Assembly (NCBI GenBank): GCA_951406725.2
Contig: OX597824.1
Location: forward strand, 21,452,001 to 21,516,000
Direction of reading: 5' to 3'
DNA: 64,000 nt
DNA from: Octopus vulgaris
Lineage: Eukaryota
The notes below the pieces were generated by a model, which worked only from the letters and a program-made list of their open reading frames with translations, did not search any database and was not told the DNA's origin. The position numbers were made by a program, and so were the translations under genes. Below are positions 13,212-25,495 of the stretch, in pieces (within the stretch, counting starts at the first letter, position 1; each line of letters starts with the position of its first letter).

Positions 13212-13759
13212 GTTAGTCTAAATTTAGATTGTCATTAAGATAGCTTTTAACGAATGGCAAGAGTACATTGTGTATTGAAATTTTAATTAGTTATGATTTA
13301 AATTGAATTTTTTTTTTGTTCAATTTTTCTCTGAATCAAATGAAAATAATTGTTAATATTCTTGTATATTCTTAGTTAATTTAACTGATAATTAAGATTA
13401 GAGTCTCGTTTTTTTTTTCTTTTTAATAATAATTTTGTAGTTTCTGTTTTGCTTCTTCCAAGCTGATAACAATAACAAATATTTTTATTCAAATTTAAGA
13501 TTCACAAGAATTATTTTATTTATTGTTTAAAAATCAATTCTGCATTAATAGTACAATGTGATGTAGAGTCCAACTTGAGTACAGTTCTTCCTTCTTTATT
13601 TCAAAAAAATAATAATAATAAAACATTTCATTTCCCTTGAAATATTTCTAAGACTTATTGTTCCATAATTCCAGTGAATTCTGATCAAAGAAACTGGTGG
13701 TACATCAGCACATGACTTCATAGATTTCTTTCTCAGCATATCCCTTCCCTGCCATTATA

Positions 13760-14168
13760 TGTCTTTTGCGCTAATGAAGAAAGGCTGAAGATGCTCAACC
13801 TTTATTCTCTAGAAAAACGCCGCCGCCATGGTGATCTCATTCTCGCTCACAACATCATAAGCGGAAAGTGTAACCTCCCGAAAGAGCTGTTCTTCACTCC
13901 TACTCCAGAGCGTGGGCTGCAGGGTCACTCCGAAAAGCTCTATCTGTGATGATTTCATCTCAGTTGAAGAAGAGGGGCTTTCTCCATCTGAGTTGTGGAT
14001 CCGTGGAATAAGCTGCCGGACGAGATAGTGAAGATGCCGACGACCGCTCAGTTCAAAGTCTCTCTTGACCAGAAATGGCATGCACACCCTCCCTGTACAT
14101 AACTCCATGTCCCCCTACATGGCCTTGCTTTTTACTTTTTGAGCCAAAAAATTAACTTAACTTAACTA
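13760..14168 (+). mobile_element. CR1-like LINE 3' fragment, pseudogenised
   Basis: + frame reads LKMLNLYSLEKRRRHGDLILAHNII...GHSEKL...FS..VVDPWNKLP with TGA stops; (ttaac)n tail. Confidence 0.85.
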
Positions 14169-15474
14169 ATCTGAAGCCAAATGGTGATCCAATTCCGATT
14201 CTAGGCATTTGTACTGTTAGATATATTTTGTGGAAAGTAGACTAGTCAGGGATATCCTGCTGTCTCTCTTTGGAATCGGCACCAATTCAGCTTGGGGTTG
14301 TTACTAATCTAGGGTGTAAAGCAGCTGTTTATGCTCATAGCACTTTCCTGGTCTCCTGGTGGCATGAAGGCCTTTAAAGTGGTTTTCAGACTTGACCTAA
14401 AATTGATTTTAATTCAATCAGGTATGTCATTATCTTCTGAGGGTTCCATAGTGCTACCATTTCTTTTGCCAGACATATTGGTAACCTTCAGATCTATCTT
14501 TTGATCTTTTGGTGACCAGTGAAAACTTTCTTCAAGTCAGCTCCTTTTGTCACTTTGCTAAACTTTCATGGCCTACACTATTCATATTTGGGTGTTGGTG
14601 ATATCATTAGGTCAGGGTTCAGCTTTGATCCATAATGTTATAATGCCTGGTGCCTTGATAATACACGATTAGGAAATCCTCCAGATAGGATTCTTGCTAC
14701 AGTAAAGTTGCTGATTGAGGAACTTGGCATGTGTGAGATGTGGGGGTTGTTGGAAATGAGTATTTCTAAATAATGTGTTGATGATGATGATGATGGTGGT
14801 AGTGGTAGTGGTGGTGGTGGTGGTGGTGGTAGTGGTGGTGGTGGTGGTGGTAGTGGTGGTGGTGGTGATGATGATGATGATAATGAAGGGGAGATTGGAG
14901 AACCAAGGCAAAAGAAAATTCTCCTAAATATTTGATGCGCAAGAACTCTCACCTCTAAAAATATTCCTAAGTTGTGCTTTGGAAAGAAAGCAAAGTAAAT
15001 ACATAATTATTTGCTTTTGTATGACATTAAATTAGCATAATTAGTGGACAAATGAATCTACAGTACTTAATTTAGTCCTTCTGTTGTTGAGAGTTCAAAT
15101 TGTAATAGACTCCGTTTGACTTTCCATTTACCCATTAGAAATACTTTAAATGACAAACATTTTGATATATATATATATATATCACTAGGTTACCCATACT
15201 GCATTAATGCATGTAGAAAGATGCAAACATTAGGCTCTTAAAAATCCCCAAAATTTATCCCAGCACCTAATTTTCTTAAATTGGGTGTTTGCAATTAGAC
15301 GGTAAAGGAAAATTTGGTACTAAATTGGTAGAACCAAAATCATGGCTTATCTGTCTTTTGTCTCTTGACTTTTGTCTTTTCTACTTGTAAGATTCTCGTT
15401 TGGTTTGATTCATTGATTTGACCGTCTTAGCTCAAACAAACTGCATTCTAAATACATTTCCGTTTATTTTAAAG

Positions 15475-15621
15475 GGTGCTCTTCCATTTGATGATGACAA
15501 TTTAAGAAATTTATTGGAAAAGGTTAAGAAAGGTGTCTTTCACATTCCCCATTTTGTGCCTCCTGATTGTCAGAATCTATTACGAGGCATGATTGAAGTG
15601 GATCCTGAAAAACGTTTAACG
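15475..15621 (+). CDS. BRSK: Internal coding exon of BRSK/SAD kinase (subdomains X-XI): [49 protein letters not shown]
   Basis: 147 nt, phase 0-0; acceptor tttattttaaag, donor gtattt; in frame with previous exon; BRSK-characteristic [28 protein letters not shown]. Confidence 0.97.
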
Positions 15622-16609
15622 GTATTTAAACAGTTTCGTCTCTAAATAAAACAAAACTTTTTTTTTAAAGATTTTCAAATCAAAACTCTATAAGAAGTCT
15701 AGATAATATAATTTTGTTTAATTATTTCAAATAATAATTGCTTTATGTTTTGATTACTTAAGCAATGCTTTGATAATTAACATTAAAACAATCAGCATAA
15801 AATCAAAGACAGGTAATTATATATTCCGAAAGAATTTCCCATAGCTGCTTTGCTCTTGTTAAGATTGTGGTGTTTATGTGATGATAAAATTACCTGTCAC
15901 TTAGTAACGAATTGATTATACCCAATGGAAAAATAACTACTTTATCCCTTTTTTTTTTCACCTTGTGATAAAATTTGATTTATTAAATGACAGTAACAAT
16001 GTTATTTCTTACAATGGTTGCAATAGAATTGTCTAACTTCGCTCTCTCTCTTTCTGTGTCTGTCTGTCTGTCTCTCTCTTTGCTTGCATGCCTACAGCCA
16101 TTTGCAATTGCGGATCTCCATGCCAAAGTCTGAAGATTCATGATTTTTCTTGGGAAAGATACGACAATGGTTTTTCAATTGCCTTCCACTGGTTTGCATA
16201 CAATCTACTTTGGTAACATCCGATTCCCTTGAGCTTAACTTTGAGCCTCAGACTCTCTTTAAATCTTAAACAGAGAGATTAGTTCATGTAACATCAAGGC
16301 ATGTCCAAACACTGTTGGATCTGTGTGATACATGTCTAGGGGCCAGTGTTTCTCTGAGTCCTTGATCCTTAACCACATAACCATGTTCTGCTAGTTAACC
16401 CACAATTGGGGTCCCTGGTAGGTCCCATGACTCCAGGCTAGAGCAGATCTGAGAGTAATGGTGACAAAAGGGTACCTCCAGATTCCCCTAAACTTCGGAA
16501 CCACCCAAGTTGTAGCCTCATTACTTGATGCAATTTAATATCTTATCCAAGATTAACTTCTGACATCATTGGGCTAAATTCTTGGAGATTTTATCAAATG
16601 TGGTTTATG

Positions 16610-17352
16610 ATAATGAATGAAATTATTGTATACACTGCTCAGGTGCACCATAACTTGTCAAAAAGTGCATATAAAGTATATGCAGTAATGTACAAATGTC
16701 TGGAAAGCAAACAGTGTATGAGTCAGATACATGCTTGCATGTGTATGGAGGGGAGAAAATCAGGTGTAGTGTTGTCGAATCTCAGGAAGTATGGAAGTTT
16801 TGAAGGATGCAGTGCTCCGACAACTAACAACTGATGCCGGCAGTCTGTTCCATGCTTCAGCAACTCTTAGCATGAAAAAATGTTTCTGAAAGTCATGGGA
16901 GCTGTGCTGTTTTCTGACTTTGTAAACATATCCATGGGTGTTAGACAGGTAGAGTTTGAAAAGGTGCTCAGAGTTATTGTTTGTAAGATGGTCAATAATT
17001 TTATGGGTGTCTGCCAGGTCAGCTGCCAGATATTGGAGTTTCAATGTATCCATGCCCAGGGAAGTAAGGCGTTAAGAATATGGCAAATGCCTGATGGAGG
17101 GTATTCTCTTGGCTGCACGTCGCTGAACGGCTTCCAGACGATTAATATCCTGGGCAAGATAGGGGTTCCAGACTGGTGATGCAAATTCCAGGTGAAGTCG
17201 CACCATAGCAGGTAAAGCCGCTGATAGATAGCTGGAGAGTGGCTCACAAAGGACTTGGTGAGTGATGCCAAGACACCCTCAGCCTTCTTGGCGATTTTAG
17301 CAATGTGTTTTGTCCAACACAAATCGCTGTCGACAATAATGCTCAGGTCATG
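16610..17352 (-). mobile_element. CR1-like LINE 3' fragment (ORF2 C-terminus)
   Basis: WTKHIAKIAKKA..., LEFASPVWNPY..DINRLEAVQRRATK, ADLADTHKII, FFMLRVAEAWNRLP; frameshifted. Confidence 0.9.
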
Positions 17353-17394
17353 TACTGAAATAAATTAAGTCTAGGTAGTTGTTGATCTTAGTTC

Positions 17395-17675
17395 AGAGCC
17401 TGGCTCACTGGCAGTTATGATTATGAATGTTCCACTTGATTCAATCAGTGTGACTTCCTGCCCATAAAAATTAACATGCAAGTGGCTGAGTATTTCACAG
17501 ACACACTTACTCTTAATGTAGTTCTCAGGGAGATTGAGCATGGCACACTGAATATGACAAGGCTGGCCCATTGAACCACAGGTACAACTAAATTTTGCCA
17601 GCTGAGTGGACTGAAACAATATGAAATAAAGTACCTTGCTCAAGAGTGCAATGCGCTACTGAGAATTGAACTCCT
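17395..17675 (-). mobile_element. tRNA-derived SINE with CORE-like block
   Basis: cagctgagtggactg..aaataaag..cttgctcaag block shared with 44669-44848 and 19698-19950. Confidence 0.65.
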
Positions 17676-18744
17676 ATTGCAGAATTTGAATTCAGAACGT
17701 GAAGACAGACAAAACACTGCTCAGCATTTCACCTGGTGTGCAAACAATTCTGCCAGTTCACTGCTTTAGGAACATGAATTATTACCATGAAGTTTTAATG
17801 GAAGGCTTTGATTTAAATCACTTTCAAACAAGAAGGTTGCATCATAGAACCAGAGGCTGTGTCAGGTGGGTTGGTATCAAAAGGGTTAAGAGGGCATCTT
17901 TCAAGTGTTGCCAAGAACCATGAAAAGAATTCAGTTCATTCACATTAATTTTTCCATTTTTAAAAAATTATTATTGGAACCGAGGAGGAATGCAATAATG
18001 TCTAAATTACATAAATAAGTTTTGCATTATCTTTTGTGTTTGTACAGTCATTTGATAATCAAATTTCATCAATACCCATCTTAACGAATGAAGCTTCTTT
18101 CATCCTTTCCTTGTTCTTACAATTTATTTTTCTCTCCAACACACAGAGCCATTCTCTGTCTCTCTTCCCCACAAGCACACATACCACTTTCTCTCTTTCC
18201 CACACGAACACACACAGAGGAGGAGGAAAATGTATCCATAATTAATTGCTGTAAATTTATCCATTCATTACAATCTCAACTATCAAAGATTCTTTGTTGC
18301 ATTGTAATCATTACAGATCATTGCTTTTTAACTTTGGTGAATCGTTAATATTACCATTACTTAATATTCCTCTGCATTAATTACTTTTCAAAGTTATCCG
18401 CTATGTTTATTATATATTAACTAATAATGGTTCTGTTAAACAAATTAAAATTTTGCCAAGAAGAAAACATCTTCATATAAATTAAAGAATAAGGAATCGA
18501 AAATCTTTTGAGAAATCAATTTCTATTGTCATTCAATAATGCCTATTGATTAAATATTATTGATACTTATTCCTTTAAGACTGAATCTATTTTTAATAAA
18601 AAAGAAATAAAATTTTTAATAAAAAAAATTTTTTTTAATTTTTAAGAAAAAAAATTAAAAAATTTTTAATAAAAAAAAACTTTAATTTTTAAGAAAAAAA
18701 AACAATTTAAAAGATAAACATTTTCTTCTTTTGCTATTTTATAG

Positions 18745-18779
18745 TTAGAAGAAATTCATCGGCATCCCTGGGTAACAGC
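18745..18779 (+). CDS. BRSK: Short coding exon ending the kinase domain: LEEIHRHPWVT(A)
   Basis: 35 nt, phase 0-2; acceptor ttcttcttttgctattttatag, donor gtgagt; HPW motif that closes CAMK-group kinase domains. Confidence 0.92.
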
Positions 18780-19697
18780 GTGAGTAGATATATATATATA
18801 TATATTTTTTAATTTTTTTTTCTGCTAATATTTATTAAAAAAAAAAAAATTACGTCTCTCCTTTTTTCAGTCAGTCACTTAAATTTAGCGAATTAAGCTC
18901 TGAGTTTATTGCTCATTTGTCAGTATTTGTACTTATGTAAACTGTTTCAATCACATTAAAAAACCAGGCTTGAAAGACACATATATATATATTACATAAC
19001 AAAGTTTGGTCACCTCCCCCACCTCTCACCAAAGGGATAAATTTATTATTTCCAGTCATTTTCAAATTTTAAGATAATTTCTTGCTTTCCTATGTTTTTA
19101 AAAAAATTTTCTTTGATTTCAATTCTTTTCTATTTTCTATTTTCTATCCCTTAAATAATCTCAAGATTTAACCATTTTTTTTTCTGAGTTTGAGACGTTT
19201 TTTTTTTCTTTAAGAACATAATATTTTTTTCTTTTGGTTACTTCCAAAGAATTTTCAATAGATACCTTTGATTCCTTGGTCTAAGTTTCCAGCTTCGATG
19301 TATTATTTTGATAAACATTTTAAAAGTGAATGCTACAATCAGAGGTTGTTAATACATAAGGCCCTATTTTTATAACGATTTAGTTATTTTTCACCTGTGT
19401 TATCAAAATAATTACACAAAACTGAATATGCATATAGGTGAAAAAAAGTTGAATGTAAATTCATCTTTTAATTCGGAGGTTTCCAAAAAAGATTTCTAAT
19501 GTTGATTCTTCATATTATACCGGTAGTTTACAGGCGTAAATTTGCGAAGATATGAAAGTAATACTTGTATATGATGTGTGGTGAATTTATGGAAAGAAGT
19601 TCCATAAAACTCATCAATTTAATTAAAAATGGAGAAAACAAGTTAACAGCTTGTCTTTTTCATTTTTAACTACTCCTTTCCATAAATTCACCACACG

Positions 19698-19950
19698 TGG
19701 AGGCACGTGGCTTAGTGGTTAGGGTGTCAGCATCATGAACGTAAGATTGTGGTTTCGATTCCTGGACCGGGCGACACGTTGAGTTCTTGAGCAAAACACT
19801 TCATTTCACGTTGCTCCAGTCCACTCAGCTGGCAAAAATGAGTAACGCTGCGATGGACTGGTGTCCCATCCAGCTGTGGAACACATATGCCATAGAAACT
19901 GGGAAACTGGGCCCATGAGCCTGGCTAGGCTTTAAAAGGGCGCATTTATT
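19698..19950 (+). mobile_element. tRNA-derived SINE: CORE-like block plus family D 3' half
   Basis: A box tggcttagtgg, B box gtttcgattcc, ttgagcaaaacactt..cactcagctg, then gctgcgatggactgg..catgagcctggctagg. Confidence 0.85.
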
Positions 19951-20369
19951 TATATATATATATAAAATTCTTTATATAGATCACGGTTATGTTATAATGA
20001 ACCATACACATTTTTCAAAATCGGATTTAATATATTTCATGGGGCAAATGTTATGAAGTTAAAATTACATTTTAACAAAAAAAAAACTACACCATTTCAC
20101 AAGTTTTATTCAGTATGTTGTTTTTTTATCTTCATTTTAGTTTCTTTTATACATGAAATGAAATTATGTTCAAACAAGTCTTATTTATTATATTTTTTGT
20201 TCATGAATCTATAATTTTGAAGTTTAAGTTCAACAGCTTAATTTCATTCTTGCAATTTTAATTATGCTGTCTGCATATTGAAAATAAGAATTTACTACAA
20301 TTATTGTCATTTAGGACAATCAGATATCGGCTGATATTTATCTTAAACCAATTGCACATATGCAGATAT

Positions 20370-20739
20370 CATCATTGTTCGACCATGGTCGAGACAATGG
20401 AATTTACTATGTTACGCCAGACCTCACGGTCCATCATAGCATTACGGAAGTCCTGTTGCTGGATGCCTGTATCCCTGGAGATTACATCAGGGTAGGAGAG
20501 TGTGCGCTCTCTGGTATCGTGAGCAGATGGCTTCCAGAGGAGAAGAGTAGAAATTACGTCGTTTTCAGCTCTACAACAATGTCCAGCAAACTGGACTCTT
20601 CTACCTTTCAAAAGAGATGATACAGGTGGTAATTTCCCATATATTTGTACTTTGGTTGGATGACGCTTCCACGAGAGATTTTGAGCTCTCATAAGGAGGC
20701 GAGTGTAAGTTCTATCCAACTGCCTCTCAAGCTTCTTTG
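20370..20739 (-). mobile_element. 5'-truncated RTE-like LINE with 10-bp target-site duplication
   Basis: Open ORF 20372-20719 (YTRLLMRAQNLSWK..RRVQFAGHC..AMMDREVWR); ATGCAGATAT at 20360-20369 and 20740-20749. Confidence 0.85.
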
Positions 20740-21483
20740 ATGCAGATATACTACCAACTTTCTGGCTGGATTTTCCATTTTGCTAGATTAAGCGGTTACA
20801 TAATAGTAATTCTGACTCAACTTCTAGAAGACTGATGCCACACTATTATATTTTTGTTTCTGCTACTAAATCATCATGACACACCTTTGTTTATTCTCTA
20901 GAAACATGATATAAAGTTGGAAGCATGCTTCCAAACCTTCAACTGTAATAATATGAAGGCACAAAATATTTCAAACAAAACCTAAAGCTATGCACTAACT
21001 CCCTAACCATTCGGCCCCACCAGACTCTCTCTAGAAATACAACTGTGAAGGGCATATATTTATTTTCCCCCTCTTTCATGCTGAGATGCTCCGTTCTCTG
21101 CAGTGAAAGTAAGTTATCTATTATTAACTTGCTCTTCATTGAGGGAGGGTCCTTAGGGAGTTAGCACATGGTGTTAGATTTAGTTTTAAATATTTGCATC
21201 GTTATATTATTACGGTGAGGTGTAGCGAGAGTATGTTCCACTTTCATGATATGTTAACATGATATGTGAATAAATAAATGCATTGTCGGGAAGGTTTGGT
21301 AGTGAAAAGGCTTTTGATATTAATTGTGGGGAATTTCAGCTGAGCTTGCATAATTATATCCAGGATAAAAAAGGATACTGGATCATCACTTGCCAGAAAT
21401 TTGGCAGTGTACCTGAATGGAATGTACATAAATACATATGTACATATCATACATCAATGCATACATACATACAGACATACATA

Positions 21484-21899
21484 CTCTTTACGCTTTTACC
21501 CTTTTACTTGTTTCAGTCATTTGACTGTGGCCATGCTGGAGCACCGCCTTTAGTTGAGCAAATCGACTCCAAGACTTATTCTTTGTAAGACCAGTACTTA
21601 TTCTATCGGTCTCTTTTGCCAAACCACTAAGTTACAGGGATATAAACACACCACCATCGGTTGTCAAGTGATGTTGGGGGGGACAAACACAGACACACAA
21701 ACATATACACACACATACATACAAACATACATACATATATATATATATATGACGGGCTTCTTTCAGTGCCCGTCTACCAAATCCACTCACAAGGCTTTGG
21801 TCAGCCCGGGGCTATAGTAGAAGACACTTGCCAAGGTGCCATGCAGTGGGAATGAACCCGGAACCATGTGGTCGGTAAGCATATAGCCACTCCTGCGCC
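21484..21899 (-). mobile_element. SINE family A, full length
   Basis: Complete head to (cttta)n tail. Confidence 0.9.
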
Positions 21900-22105
21900 T
21901 AAAGTCTCTTGAAAGTTGAAAAGAATACTTTTAACAGAAAAAAAACCCCAATTAAATGCTAGCATTGTAGTTGCAGTTGGGCCCCCTTAGTCTCTTAGTA
22001 ACTAAGACTTTTAGACCCAGTCCACCACTGTGTGTTTCTCCTAATCTACCTCTCTCTTTTTCTCAGTATTCTATGTTCTTGTTAGAAGATGCCTGTTAAA
22101 AGTGA

Positions 22106-22474
22106 CTAGCACTATGACCCGACAATGCGGGGTCATAGTACTACTGCATGCATATACAGCTGCGTGCGTGCGCACATACACGCGAGTACTGTCCAAATCT
22201 CTGACCAATCACCATACAGCTAGCTGTCATTCAATTGGCATATCAAGTTTCGGGCATTTTGATTGGGTTTTGGATAGAAAATTCACAAAAAAGTCACTTA
22301 TATTGATTTTTTAATGGCTTTACGGGGTGACTGGGGAAATGTAAAGATGTACACAACCACCCTCGGACGGTTTTGAATGACCATAGAAAGTGTGAGCCCT
22401 CTAACTGAAAAATTGTGGATTTGTATAAAGGACACACACACAGACAGACATTTTGCCGTTTATATATATAGAGA
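22106..22474 (-). mobile_element. Non-autonomous Helitron-like element
   Basis: On - strand: 5' TC(TCTATATA), 3' hairpin (ctatgacccg/gggtcatag) and terminal CTAG, inserted in an AT site. Confidence 0.75.
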
Positions 22475-22853
22475 TGTACGAGAAGGCTTGAAAACTAGTT
22501 TGTTTCAAGTTTTTTATAAAGAAATGTCAAATAGTTTCAATTTGTACAAATCTGTTCTGATTTGCATCTGTTTTAAGCAGTTTATTGTAACAGTCCAAGT
22601 GTTAGAGGAGTTGTGGCCCTTGTTGTCATGGCAAACTAAATTACTTTGCATTTACATCTCTCCAAGTTCATATTTACATTAGTGTGTATATAGACATATA
22701 TACATGTGTGTGTGTGTGTGTATATATATCTAATGCAGGGGTTTATATTCTAGGTGTGTTAGGTGAGCCCTAAAAAGTTTTGATAAATAGGATAGATTTT
22801 CATTTTTGGATTTGGTTTACAAGATTCTTTATATGAGTTTGTGTGTTGAAGCA

Positions 22854-23112
22854 TATTCTGTTGTGTTTGGGGAGAGTCATTTTCTTTTTGTGCCTTATAA
22901 TTTAACGCACTCACTGGTAAAATTTCCACTAATTCCTTATTTTTATTTTCCTAAAACTTTCGTTGCATCTTGCAACGAAAATTGAAAAGGTTACAAGACA
23001 CAACAAAAATTTTAGGAAAATAAATATAAGGAATTAGTGGAAATTTTACTGGTGAGTGTGTTAAATTATAAGGCACAAAAAGAAAATGACTCTCCCCAGA
23101 CACAACAGGATA
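22854..23112. repeat. Inverted repeat with ~120-bp arms and short spacer
   Basis: ggggagagtcattttctttttgtgccttataatttaac pairs with gttaaattataaggcacaaaaagaaaatgactctcccc. Confidence 0.9.
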
Positions 23113-24168
23113 GATTGTCTTTATGATAATTCTGTTGTTGCAATGTCATGATATAATCTGGTCATAATTTATTTTGAAATGCATGTCTACCTTACATTAT
23201 AGGAATGATGCATTTCTGCGAATATTAATGTAAAGTGGAAGTCCATAATGTTAAAACCATTCTCCTTAATAATTTCCATGTAATATGGACATCAATGGAA
23301 AAATAAGTTTTGTGGGATAGAAATTTTGTTATGGTAAAATTTTTAGGAGTACAATGCTTCTGTAATGTGGAGGATGCCTGTGTAATAATACACACTTGGA
23401 GACACAATCTGAATCAAGATGAAGTTATATTATATATATATATACATAGAAATAGGCGAAAGTCATTAGTGGTTAGGGTGTCATACACATGATGATGAGA
23501 TTATGGTTTCTATTCCCAGACTGTGTTGTGTTCTTGAGCAAGACACTTCACTTTCATGTTGCTCTGTGATCATTTCATCATCTGACATGTGGTACGCAAA
23601 TGGCGCCCATGCCGGTGACATGTAAAAGCACCCATTGCACTCATGGATTTGTTGGTGTTAGGAAGGGCATCCAGCCATAGAAAACCATGTCAAATCGGAC
23701 TGGAGCCTGGTGCAGCTTTCCAACGTGCCAGCCCAGTCAAACCGTCTAACCCATGCCAGCATGGATAACAGATGTTAACTGATGATGAGTCTGGTCGATA
23801 CAGTGGTGTGTGTGTGTGTATACACACTTGTTTGTTTGCATGTGTTGTACATGTATGTTTGCATATGTATGCATATATCACTTTATATTTACCAAACGTC
23901 CAATGTCCACATGAAAACATTATAGATATATATATTAGATTATTTTTTAAATAGAATTTATAGCATTTTAAAATATCATCTTTGTAGGATAAGATTGAAA
24001 AACTGGAAAACTATGAAAAATTCTTATTCGCCACATCTAAATAATAAATACTAAAAGAAAATGGCTGTTTTTAACTATTTCTATAACAATTGCAAACACA
24101 CAAAATAATAAGTAGAAATGTCTTACTTTGTTGTCGACCCATATCCTCATGTAACTTTAGAGTTTCAG

Positions 24169-24207
24169 CCAGCCAAACTTGCCTCATTTTAATTTCATGC
24201 TTGACAG
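24169..24207 (+). CDS. Candidate 39-nt cassette exon (QPNLPHFNFMLD)
   Basis: tttcag|...cag|gtgaag; 3n length, open in phase 2; no transcript evidence. Confidence 0.25.
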
Positions 24208-25245
24208 GTGAAGAAAAAAAAACTAAAGGAAAAAGAGAAAAAAAAATTTATAAAAAAATTAGTATGAGTTGTTTGATGGAAAAATAATTTTAATTCTTTT
24301 TCTTATGTTTTTCACAAGTCGGTAAATGTCATAATTTGTAACCAAGCGCTACAAAAGTACATCTCACCTGGGGGGTAAAAAACAAGAAAACAAATAAAAA
24401 TTTTACTTTTATATCAATTCCAGGCTAAATAATAAAGATGAATAAAATCTAGTTTATAACCAAAAAATTCACAATATCTATTTGTTTCAAAAGTATTTAA
24501 ATGTTTCAAATTTTATTAGTATGTTTTATAGATTTAGTAAAATAATAAGTTTAGTAGTTTTATGTTATCATTGTTATTGTATTTTCTCTGAACCGAAAAG
24601 TTTTAAACTAGGAATTTCTAGGAAAGTTCTACCTCATCTTGTAAAAGTACCATGTAATGGTTACCAACTTCTATTTTCCCCCAAGTACTTTTTGATAATG
24701 CTTTATACTATTAGAGAAATTATGCCAGCAAGATGGTTGTGCCCCAGCATGGCTACAGCCTTTGGACTGGAACACATAAAGAAATAGAGGAATAAAAGAA
24801 TGATTTTATTTGTTATGTCTTGTAGAACCTAAGATTGGGAAAATAATATCTAGAGCAGAGTTTGTCATAGGAAGGTAGACCACCCTAAGGGAAGGCCCAT
24901 AAGGATTGAAAAGGGAGCAGATAAATTGCTGTCTTCGATAAAATTAAGATGGTTTTTAAAAATTTTCTAAACCTGTCCAACACTGTTGGGAAGAAAGAAG
25001 AATTATATTGATGCAAAATCTATTTCATCTGCTCGTTAGTAAATACTAGTTAGGTCAAAAGAATTTCACTAATATTTCCTTTTATGGAAAAAACACCATT
25101 TGAGCGTGGTCATTGTCAGTACTGCCTGACTGGCCCTCATGCCAGTGGCACGTAAAAGCACCCACTACACTCTTGGAGTGGTTGGCATTAGTAAGGGCAT
25201 CCAGTTGTAGAAACTCTGCCAGATCAAGTTTGGTGCCTGGTGCAA

Positions 25246-25495
25246 CTATCTGGTTTCTTGGCGTATAGGTTCTCCACCTGGACGGTACGCCAGTCTGTCA
25301 CAGGTGAGCTGCAAGATGCAGGAGGAAAGAGTGAGAGAAAGTTGTGGCGAAAGAGTCAGCAGAAGTTCGCCATTACCTTCTGCTAGAGCTGCGTAGAGCT
25401 TAGGTGTTTCACTCATAAACACACACATCGCCCTGTCTGAGATTCGAACCCGCGACCTCTCAACAGTGAATCCGCTGCTCTAACCACTAGGCCAT
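25246..25495 (-). mobile_element. Family D-related tRNA SINE, wedged between two other repeats
   Basis: Reverse complement has tggcctagtggttag / ggttcgaatc boxes; flanked by family C (25094-25245) and a fragment homologous to 1-180. Confidence 0.75.

Noticed and set aside
13809-14108. 99-aa minus-strand ORF
   Set aside because: Antisense shadow of the + strand CR1 fragment
19534-19557. 24-nt AG/GT-bounded segment
   Set aside because: TGA stop in phase 2 and weak signals
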